26,579 nucleotides of DNA from Pseudomonadota bacterium (GTDB taxonomy: Bacteria > Pseudomonadota > Alphaproteobacteria > Caulobacterales > Caulobacteraceae). The position numbers and the translations under genes were made by a program. The first letter of the stretch is position 1; each line of letters opens with the position of its first letter. The notes under the pieces are model-generated. The model saw only the letters and a list, made by a program, of their open reading frames with translations, searched no databases and was not told the origin of the DNA. Shown here one piece after another: positions 17,374 to 25,169 of this stretch. The stretch lies in NCBI GenBank assembly GCA_041182125.1, contig JBEGOG010000034.1, positions 1 through 26,579 on the forward strand, read 5' to 3'.

Positions 17374-19992
17374 ATGAAAGCACACCTAATGGTCTCCACC
17401 GCAGCGGCGGTGCTGGTCTCAATGGGGGCAGGAGCCGCCTTCGCAGCCGATGCGCCAGCCGCAGCTGTCGAAAACGATCGCGCGATTGAAGACATCGTCG
17501 TGACGGCAACGCGCCGTGAAGAGGCAGTCAACAAGATCCCCGTAGCCATTCAGGCGCTCGGCGGCGAGTCGCTGCAAAAGCTGAACATCGCTAACTTCGA
17601 AAAGCTGGTTGAATATCTGCCGAACGTCCGCACCGCCTCGCAAGGTCCCGGTACCTCGGCCCTGTATATTCGCGGCCTGTCCACAGACACGCCAGGCCTG
17701 CAAATCACCGGCACCGCCGGCGCTCAGCCCAACGTCGCGCTCTATCTGAACGACGCGCCCAGCTCGATGCCGGGCCGCAACCTCGACAACTACGCTGTTG
17801 ACCTTCAGCGCGACGAAGTGCTGGCCGGTCCTCAGGGCACCCTGTTTGGCGCGAGCGCCATGGGCGGCGCTGTGCGTTACATCACCAACAAGCCAGACCT
17901 GAACAGCTACCGTTGCGATGCCTTCATCAACATCCCTCTGATCGAGGGCAAGTTGGCCGCGCGTCTGGTTATCTATAACGACCAACAGGGCGGCTATATC
18001 GACAACGTCGCAGGCACCTATCAGATGCCATTTGACGGCAAGGTCGGCCAAGCCGGCAAGCTGCCAACCGGCAACCCACTGCTGGTGATCCGCGCTCTGG
18101 AATCCTGCTCGGGCGTCGCAAACTGTACCGGCAGCGGCTATGTCGCGCCGACCCGCCAGACCATCAACAATGCTCGCTTTGTTGAGAACAACTATAACGA
18201 CGCGGCCTACACCGGCGCGCGTTTGGCCCTGGCCTATGAAATCAACGACAACTGGTCCGTCGACCTGATGCATATGCGTCAGAACCTCAAGACCAATGGC
18301 GTCTTCAACTATGAGCCCGGCGTGGGCGACCTGAAGGTCACCCAGTTCAACCCTAACTATCTGCGTGATGAGTTCGACGTCACCACCCTGACGGTGAACG
18401 GTCGTTTGGGCATGTTGGATATGATCTATACTGGATCCTATCTGAACCATACCGCTGTCCAGCAGGCGGACTATGCGTCCTACTCGAATATCGGCCTCTA
18501 CCTGCCCTATTATGAGTGCGATCGCGGCGTCTATTATACCGCTGCCTATAACGGCAACATTGGCAAGACCTGCTACACCCCGAACAAGAGCTACAAGGTC
18601 AAGAACGAGAACACCCGTTCGACCCACGAGTTCCGTGTCACGACGCCTGCCGACAAGCGCCTGCGCGCCACCGGCGGCCTGTTCTTTGATGAAAACACCC
18701 TCTACGACAACACTGACTGGTCCTATTCCCAGCAGGCGGCGGGCTTCATCTATTCACGCGCTCCCGATCCAAGCGTTAACGCGCATGATCCAAGCGTGAA
18801 GCCTGTCAATGTCGGCTTCTTCAACGACGTCACCCGTAAGGACCGTCAGATCGCTGTCTATGGTGAAGCCTCTTACGACATCATCCCAGACAAGCTGACC
18901 ATCACCGGCGGCGCGCGTTATTATGACGAAGAAGCGTCGATGACCGGTTCGTCGAACTCGAGCTTCGGCTACGGTTCGCGCGGCGTCTACAATGCTGCTA
19001 CCGGCACCTATAGCGCCGTCGCCACCCCGCCTAAATATTATGGCGTCAGCGCAAATCTTGCCAATACGCTCAAAGGCCTTTCGCCTGCGAAGTACACAGG
19101 CACGATCTTGAAGGGCAACCTGACCTACAAGCTCGACGACGGTTCGTTGCTCTATGCGACCTATTCGGAAGGCTTCCGTCCCGGCGGCTTCAACCGCAAG
19201 CCCTGTAACGTGGTTAGCCCTGCCTGTAACAGCCTGAAGGCCTATGTGCCCGATACGGTCACCAACTATGAAATTGGTTGGAAGCTGGCCCTGCTCGACC
19301 GGACCCTGCAGTTCAACGCAGCGGCCTACCAGATCGACTGGGAAAACATCCAAATGACGGTGTTCGACCAGAACATCTCCAACCAGACCTTCACCACCAA
19401 CTTCACCGATGCGCGCATCCGTGGCTTTGAAGGTGATGTGGCTTGGCGTCCAACCAAAGAGCTGACCGTCAACAGCGGCTTCTCTTACAACGACTCCGAG
19501 CTGACCAAATATCGCAAGGCCGCCACCGTTCTGGTGCCGCTCGGCAGCCCTCTGGCTCTGAGCCCCAAGTTCCAGGGCAATATCCGCCTGCGTTATGAAA
19601 CCGAAACCGCGTCTGGCCTGCGTCCGTTCGCACAGGGCGGCTTCCACTTTGTCGATTCCAGCATCTCGTCGGACATCGACAATGTCAGCATCAAGCTGCC
19701 CGGCTTCAACGCCACGGCAGGTTATGCGGCGCAAGTGCCAATCACCTATAACGGTGTGACGGTGAAGCCAGGCGACGTGATCGTTCCTCTGCAGGGTTCT
19801 TTGAAGCAAAAGTCCTACACCACGCTTAGCGCGTCGGTCGGTGCTTCTAAGGACAACTGGACCGTGGAACTGTTCGGTGAGAACCTCACCGACGCCCGTC
19901 CCGAACTCTACAAGAGTGGCAATGATGGTGAGCTGCGCGTGACCACGTCGCGTCCGCAAACCTTCGGTGTCCGTATTTCGGTCCGTAACTAA
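17374..19992 (+). CDS. TonB-dependent outer membrane receptor (probable short in-frame deletion near 17910)
   Basis: Signal peptide, TonB box IEDIVVTA, plug motifs (YIRG, NVALYLND.P, EVLAGPQGTLFGA..MGGAVRYITNKP), barrel motifs (YSEGFRPGGFN, NYEIGWK, ELFGENLTD, RPQTFG). Confidence 0.93.
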   Translation: MKAHLMVSTAAAVLVSMGAGAAFAADAPAAAVENDRAIEDIVVTATRREEAVNKIPVAIQALGGESLQKLNIANFEKLVEYLPNVRTASQGPGTSALYIRGLSTDTPGLQITGTAGAQPNVALYLNDAPSSMPGRNLDNYAVDLQRDEVLAGPQGTLFGASAMGGAVRYITNKPDLNSYRCDAFINIPLIEGKLAARLVIYNDQQGGYIDNVAGTYQMPFDGKVGQAGKLPTGNPLLVIRALESCSGVANCTGSGYVAPTRQTINNARFVENNYNDAAYTGARLALAYEINDNWSVDLMHMRQNLKTNGVFNYEPGVGDLKVTQFNPNYLRDEFDVTTLTVNGRLGMLDMIYTGSYLNHTAVQQADYASYSNIGLYLPYYECDRGVYYTAAYNGNIGKTCYTPNKSYKVKNENTRSTHEFRVTTPADKRLRATGGLFFDENTLYDNTDWSYSQQAAGFIYSRAPDPSVNAHDPSVKPVNVGFFNDVTRKDRQIAVYGEASYDIIPDKLTITGGARYYDEEASMTGSSNSSFGYGSRGVYNAATGTYSAVATPPKYYGVSANLANTLKGLSPAKYTGTILKGNLTYKLDDGSLLYATYSEGFRPGGFNRKPCNVVSPACNSLKAYVPDTVTNYEIGWKLALLDRTLQFNAAAYQIDWENIQMTVFDQNISNQTFTTNFTDARIRGFEGDVAWRPTKELTVNSGFSYNDSELTKYRKAATVLVPLGSPLALSPKFQGNIRLRYETETASGLRPFAQGGFHFVDSSISSDIDNVSIKLPGFNATAGYAAQVPITYNGVTVKPGDVIVPLQGSLKQKSYTTLSASVGASKDNWTVELFGENLTDARPELYKSGNDGELRVTTSRPQTFGVRISVRN

Positions 19993-20003
19993 CCAATCTG
20001 TGG

Positions 20004-20039
20004 TGGGCCCCTGTTAATCCAGGGGCCCATTGCTTTTTT
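20004..20039 (+). terminator. Rho-independent terminator after the TonB receptor
   Basis: TGGGCCCCTG-TTAATC-CAGGGGCCCA (10-bp stem) followed by TTGCTTTTTT. Confidence 0.8.
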
Positions 20040-20120
20040 GGTTCTGACCTGATTTCGATTCCGGCTCAGAACGGGATCAAAATAGCGATAAACATCCTTA
20101 CCTTGGCCCACTGAAACGCT

Positions 20121-22154
20121 ATGATTGAGCCGAATGATAAGGATAGACGATTGACCCAAGCTGCACTGTCACCGGCTCAGATTGACGACCTTCTCGGTCG
20201 TGCGCGGGACATGTTGCAACAGACCAAATTCCCGCAAGCCGCCGCCCTGTGCCAACAGGTTCTAGACGCCGATCCGATCCATAAGGATGCGCTCTACACG
20301 CTGGCTGTGACCTATCGCTATCAAGGTGATGTCAAGCGGGCCCTCGCAACGAACGACCATCTGATCTCCATAGATCCCGGATTTGGCCGCGCCTATCAGG
20401 AGCGAGGCCACTGTCTGCGTGACACGGGCGATCGCCATGGTGCGCTGCTCGCCTATCAGGGAGCCGTGGCCAACAATGCTGCCCTTGTGGCCAGCTGGCA
20501 GATGCTATCGGAGCTACAGCGCGCCACAGGCGCGCGCACGGCGGCGGAGTTCTCACAGGATCAATATGACTATCTCAGCAGCCTACCACCTGAGATTTTG
20601 AGTGTCGCGAACCTGATCCAAGAGGGCCGGTTTTTGCGAGCCGAGCAGATTTGCCGACACTATCTCCAGACCAAGGGCCATCATGTTGAGGCCATGCGGT
20701 TCCTGGCCGAGATCGGCACCAAGTTCAATTCCTATGAAGAGGCGGAGTTCTTGCTGGAATCCTGCCTCGTGCTTGAACCTGACAATACCAGCGCCCATCT
20801 GGACTATGTTGACGTGCTCCATAAGCGGCAAAAGTTCGCCAAGGCGCTCGAACAGGCGACCGCCTTGCGCAAAAAGTCCAAAGGCGTGCCGCAGATCGAA
20901 CTGCTCTATGCCAATGAAAATCTTGCGGTTGGCAATTTCGACGAGGCGCTGGGCGTCTACGGGAAATTGGCCAAGGAAACACCGAACAATCCAACCATCC
21001 ACCTGACCCTCGGTCACGCCCTCAAGACCGTCGGCCGCCAGCCCGATGCGATCGCCGCCTATAGCCGCGCCTACCAGATCCGGCCTGATTTTGGTGATGC
21101 CTATTGGAGCCTCGCCAATCTCAAGACCTATCGGTTTTCTGACGACCAGATCGAGTCCATGCGCCAGCGCGAGGCGGACCCTAAGACCGCGCTCGTCGAC
21201 CGCTACCACCTCTGTTTTGCCCTCGCCAAGGGCCTCGAAGATCGCGGGGATTACGCTCAGGCCTTTGAGGCCTACGAGCGGGGGAACCGTCTGAAGCGCG
21301 AAGAGTTGGGCTATGATTGGCGCCGGATCAGCCGTGAAATGGATCTGCAGATCGAGCACTGTAATCCGGCCCTGTTTGACGCCAAGGCGGGTTCAGGCTG
21401 TGCCGCGCCCGATCCCATCTTCATCGTTGGCCTACCGCGCGCCGGATCGACCCTGCTGGAGCAGATCCTCGCCTCGCACAGTCAGGTCGAGGGCACGATG
21501 GAGTTGCCCAACATCTTGGCCCTTGCGCACAGGATCAATGGCCGCCGCCGCGTTGAAGAAGAGCCCGCCTATCCGGCCAATCTTTCGGCCATCCCCCCGC
21601 AAGATTTGACGGCCTTTGGCGAGGCTTTTTTGCGCGATACCCGCATCCATCGCAAGGCGGGCACGCCCTTCTTCATCGACAAGATGCCGAACAATTTCCG
21701 CCATATCGGCCTGATCCACATGATCTTGCCCAATGCGAAGATCATTGATGCCCGACGCGGGGCCATGGGCTGCTGTTTCAGTGGCTTTAAGCAACTGTTC
21801 GCTGAGGGCCAAGAGTTCACCTACGGCCTCGAAGAAATTGGCCATTACTACAAGGACTATGTGGCCCTGATGGACCATTGGGACCGGGTCTTGCCGGGCA
21901 AGGTTCTTCGGGTCAATTACGAGGCGGTGGTGGCCGATCTTGAGCCTCAAGTGCGCCGTCTGCTCGATTTCTGTGGCCTTCCGTTCGAAGAGGGCTGTAT
22001 CAATTTCCATCAGAATGATCGCGCCGTTAGGACCGCCAGCTCAGAGCAGGTCAGGCAGCCGATTTTCACGAGTGGTCTGGATCAGTGGGAGAACTTCTCC
22101 CCCCATCTGGATCCACTGAGACAGGTTCTGGGTTCAGAGCTGGCACAAGGTTGA
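20121..22154 (+). CDS. Tetratricopeptide repeat-containing sulfotransferase (TPST-like / Sulfotransfer_3 family)
   Basis: ~430 aa of TPR-like helical repeats, then PSB loop IFIVGLPRAGSTLLEQILASHS, FIDKMP.NF, AKIIDARR, VRTASSEQVRQPI; no signal peptide. Confidence 0.92.
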   Translation: MIEPNDKDRRLTQAALSPAQIDDLLGRARDMLQQTKFPQAAALCQQVLDADPIHKDALYTLAVTYRYQGDVKRALATNDHLISIDPGFGRAYQERGHCLRDTGDRHGALLAYQGAVANNAALVASWQMLSELQRATGARTAAEFSQDQYDYLSSLPPEILSVANLIQEGRFLRAEQICRHYLQTKGHHVEAMRFLAEIGTKFNSYEEAEFLLESCLVLEPDNTSAHLDYVDVLHKRQKFAKALEQATALRKKSKGVPQIELLYANENLAVGNFDEALGVYGKLAKETPNNPTIHLTLGHALKTVGRQPDAIAAYSRAYQIRPDFGDAYWSLANLKTYRFSDDQIESMRQREADPKTALVDRYHLCFALAKGLEDRGDYAQAFEAYERGNRLKREELGYDWRRISREMDLQIEHCNPALFDAKAGSGCAAPDPIFIVGLPRAGSTLLEQILASHSQVEGTMELPNILALAHRINGRRRVEEEPAYPANLSAIPPQDLTAFGEAFLRDTRIHRKAGTPFFIDKMPNNFRHIGLIHMILPNAKIIDARRGAMGCCFSGFKQLFAEGQEFTYGLEEIGHYYKDYVALMDHWDRVLPGKVLRVNYEAVVADLEPQVRRLLDFCGLPFEEGCINFHQNDRAVRTASSEQVRQPIFTSGLDQWENFSPHLDPLRQVLGSELAQG

Positions 22155-22164
22155 GGAAGACAAG

Positions 22165-23538
22165 ATGACCACCGCAACACCCGCTGAAGAAGGCCAGACC
22201 TACTCTCTAGGGGCGCGCTGGTACGTCCTGTTCATCATGATGTTGGCCTATACGATCAACATTGCTGACAGATATGTCATGTCGACCGTGCTGGAACCGA
22301 TCCGGTTGGAGTTGAAGCTCACCGATGGCGGCGTGGCTTTCTTAACCGGTGTGTCGCTGGCCCTGTTCTATGTGACTATGGGCATTCCCCTATCTTGGAT
22401 CGCTGACCGCTATAATCGCCGCAATCTCTTGGCCATTTCGATCACCATCTGGTCGGCCATGACCACCTTCTGCGGTCTGTCGACCAACTATGTTCAGCTC
22501 CTTCTGGCTCGGATCGGCGTCGGTATTGGTGAGGCGGGCGGGACCCCCTCCTGTAACGCCATTGTCGCTGACTATTTCCCGGCTGACCGTCGCCCCATGG
22601 CCATGACTATCTTCGCCTTAGGTGCCCCTATCGGCGCTTGGCTTGGCGCAGACATGGCCGGCTATGTGGCCAATCGTTTTGGCTGGCACGCTGCCTTTCT
22701 GGTCTTGGGCATTCCTGGGATCTTGCTGGCAGGCGTGATCATGTTGACCGTGAAGGAGCCGAAACGGGGTCGCCTTGATGCCGTCTCCACCGAAAACGCG
22801 CCCAGCTTGGCCACGACCGTGGCCTTCTTCTTCAAGCAGAAGGCCGCCTTCCATGTGATCATGGGCAGTGGCGTTTCGGCCCTTTGGGGCTGGGGCCTGA
22901 TGTGGTTTACGCCAACCTTCCTTCAGCGCGCCTATGGTTTGAATGTGGGCGAAGCCGGGGGGTTGGTGGGACCCATCCATCTGGTGATGGGAATCTTGGC
23001 GTCATTGCTCACCGCTTGGCTCCTGTCGCGACCCGCCTTTGTGGACCCAAGGCGCATTGTGAAGCTGTTGGCGATCGTCACCGGCTTGGCGACCATTCCG
23101 TCATTCATCGCCTATTGGACCCACTCTCTGACCATAGCCACCGCCATGCTGTGGATCTTCATCCCTGCGATCTATTTCTATATCGGCCCCGCCTTTGCAT
23201 TGGGCCAGAACCTCGCGCCGCCCAAGATGCGCGCCATGTTCACGGCCATCGCCCTGTTGATCGCTAATGTGTTCAACCTGATCGTCGCGCCGCAGTGCGT
23301 GGGCTGGCTGAGCGACTTCATCGCAGCCCTGCAGAAGAACCCCGACTTTGCGTCCTTCATTCCGGGCGTCAGTTGGTTGGGTGCCAACCTTGCTGGATTT
23401 GTCGGCGTGGACGAGGCCTCATCCTTGCGGTTCGCCATGCTGGTCTTGGCCCCAACCGGCTTTTGGGCGATGTGGCACTATTGGATGGCTGCCCGTACCA
23501 TTGTTGAGGATCAGAAGACCGCGATCGGTTACGTCTAG
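22165..23538 (+). CDS. MFS transporter, spinster-like
   Basis: About 12 hydrophobic segments, NIADRYVM, motif A-like IADRYNRR, LLARIGVGIGEAG; GAGGA SD, 10 bp after the sulfotransferase stop. Confidence 0.92.
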   Translation: MTTATPAEEGQTYSLGARWYVLFIMMLAYTINIADRYVMSTVLEPIRLELKLTDGGVAFLTGVSLALFYVTMGIPLSWIADRYNRRNLLAISITIWSAMTTFCGLSTNYVQLLLARIGVGIGEAGGTPSCNAIVADYFPADRRPMAMTIFALGAPIGAWLGADMAGYVANRFGWHAAFLVLGIPGILLAGVIMLTVKEPKRGRLDAVSTENAPSLATTVAFFFKQKAAFHVIMGSGVSALWGWGLMWFTPTFLQRAYGLNVGEAGGLVGPIHLVMGILASLLTAWLLSRPAFVDPRRIVKLLAIVTGLATIPSFIAYWTHSLTIATAMLWIFIPAIYFYIGPAFALGQNLAPPKMRAMFTAIALLIANVFNLIVAPQCVGWLSDFIAALQKNPDFASFIPGVSWLGANLAGFVGVDEASSLRFAMLVLAPTGFWAMWHYWMAARTIVEDQKTAIGYV

Positions 23539-23548
23539 CTTCGGCTTA

Positions 23549-23573
23549 GCCCCCACCCTTAGAGGGTGGGGGC
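23549..23573. terminator. GC-rich hairpin after the MFS gene (no U-tract)
   Basis: GCCCCCACCCT-TAG-AGGGTGGGGGC, 11-bp perfect stem, 10 nt after the stop codon. Confidence 0.5.
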
Positions 23574-23665
23574 GATTGCTCCGGCCCAGATCGCCCGAAA
23601 TTTGCCTCAAAATTTCGGCAATGGGACAGACCGATCATCACAGCCTTTGGAGATAGAGTTAAGCG

Positions 23666-24199
23666 ATGAGAGCGTTTGTTATCCCTGGGACCCTTGCTGC
23701 AGTGCTGACGATGGCCTGTCTTGGATCGGCAAGGGCGCAAGAACAGACCCCCGCCGCGCCGCAGGAAAAGCCTGCCGAGGCCGCGGCTCCTGCCGCTTCA
23801 TCCACCCCGGCGGCCGCACCGCCAGCGGCTCCCGTTAAGCGACCGCCCAAAATTTCAAAGAAACTTGAGGCCGAATTTGCGCGCGGCGCAAAGGCATATG
23901 ATCAAAAGAACTTCCAAGAGGCCCTGTCGATCTGGCTACCGCTGACGAAGGCGGGAAATCCGCGGGTTCTGTACAATGTCGGGCTGATGTATGCCAATGG
24001 TCTGGGCATCCCCAAGGATGACTATGTCGAGGCCTACAAGTGGTTCCATATTTCCGCCTCTCGAACCGACGACCCCCGCGAAAAGAAGAAGGCCGAGCGG
24101 ATGCGGGACATGGTCGGGCTGGAGCTAACACCGGAGCAGTTGATGGAAGCCAAGGCGCGCATCAAGGCTTGGCGGCCAAGATGGACCCTCTGGCGCTAG
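23666..24199 (+). CDS. Exported Sel1-like repeat protein with Pro/Ala-rich linker
   Basis: Signal peptide ending SARA, PA-rich low-complexity linker, Sel1 motif GNPRVLYNVGLMYANGLGIPKDDYVEAYKWFHISA. Confidence 0.8.
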   Translation: MRAFVIPGTLAAVLTMACLGSARAQEQTPAAPQEKPAEAAAPAASSTPAAAPPAAPVKRPPKISKKLEAEFARGAKAYDQKNFQEALSIWLPLTKAGNPRVLYNVGLMYANGLGIPKDDYVEAYKWFHISASRTDDPREKKKAERMRDMVGLELTPEQLMEAKARIKAWRPRWTLWR

Positions 24200-24328
24200 G
24201 CGCACTCAGCCGTGATTGACCGCCCTGTGGCATGCGGTGCCATAGCGGGCAGGTCTGAATGGGGCGTTGGATTTGAATTAGAGATCGCGCAGGATCAGGG
24301 CGTACCCGTTCTAAGCCCGGGTCGCTGA

Positions 24329-24363
24329 AGGATCACGCTGACCTGATAGGCCAGCGTGATCCT
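24329..24363. terminator. Long hairpin just after the ompA-family stop (no U-tract)
   Basis: AGGATCACGCTG-(A-CCT-GAT-AGG-C)-CAGCGTGATCCT, 12-bp perfect outer stem. Confidence 0.5.
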
Positions 24364-24372
24364 CAGGCATTC

Positions 24373-24987
24373 TTACTTCAGAACGACGATGACAACGCGG
24401 CGGTTGGCCGCGCGGCCAGCGCGCGTGGCATTATCAGCCGCAGGGGCCTCTTCGCCATAGGTGGTGCTGTACATGCGCGACAGGGGTACGCCCTGCGTGG
24501 CCAGAGAGGCGCGAACTGCATTGGCGCGGTTCAGGCCAACCTGTTCATTGGCGTTGGTCGAACCGGTAGAGTCCGTATGGCCCTGAATTTCGAGATAGAC
24601 GTTTTGATTGTCGGACTTCAGTTGGGCGGCCAGGGCCGAAAGCTTGGCTTGGCTGTCATCTGAAAGGATCGCTTTGCCGCTGGCAAAGGTCATCGAACCG
24701 TCGGTGGTCATGACCACCGAATAGAGGAACTTACCTTCGGCCAACTTGCCAGCAGCGATGGCGCGCGCCAAGGCGTCGCGAGCCGTTTGATCCACCTGAT
24801 TCAGGCGGGTCTCAAGGCCGTCAATACGGCCACCAATCTTGGTGCCCTGATCGGCCAGAGCCGCACCCTGCCGGGACTCAAGACCAGCAACCTGCTGGTC
24901 GACATATTTATGGGTGGCGCAACCGCTCAGGCCGAGCGCGATAGCCAACGCACCGGCTGCGATGCTTGCAGACTTTGAAACGAACAT
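24373..24987 (-). CDS. OmpA-family peptidoglycan-binding lipoprotein with N-terminal helical (alanine-zipper-like) region
   Basis: Lipobox LSGC; OmpA-C motifs F.SGKA.L, IQGHTDS.G, N..VGLNRANAV, YGEEAP.ADN.T..GRAANRRVVI; GGAGAGG before ATG 24987. Confidence 0.9.
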   Translation of the reverse strand: MFVSKSASIAAGALAIALGLSGCATHKYVDQQVAGLESRQGAALADQGTKIGGRIDGLETRLNQVDQTARDALARAIAAGKLAEGKFLYSVVMTTDGSMTFASGKAILSDDSQAKLSALAAQLKSDNQNVYLEIQGHTDSTGSTNANEQVGLNRANAVRASLATQGVPLSRMYSTTYGEEAPAADNATRAGRAANRRVVIVVLK

Positions 24988-25169
24988 GGGACCCTCTCCA
25001 CGAAACTGAACGAAGCGTAGGGTTTGCACCCATGGCGCTGATTAGAAACTGATATCTGTCCGATATCAGAAAATTTCTTCGACCGGAAACCGATCTTATA
25101 ACGCCGTCACCCTAATGAGATGTGACCAAGACCGCAATGTGACCAATCACCCCTTAGGGCCAAAAGGTT

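Noticed and set aside
17419-19959. Two ~400-aa antisense ORFs opposite the TonB receptor
   Set aside because: Shadow frames expected from strong codon bias in GC-rich, highly expressed genes; no motifs. The same applies to the many antisense ORFs over leuS, ftsK, the sulfotransferase and ilvD.
23549-23573. Hairpin as a REP/CIR-type dispersed repeat
   Set aside because: Only one copy noticed in the window; no similarity to the other intergenic hairpins.
16926-24370. Genomic island integrated at tRNA-Gly
   Set aside because: No integrase or transposase and no duplicated tRNA 3' end seen by eye; the genes' GC3-rich codon style resembles the host. Older acquisition is not excluded.
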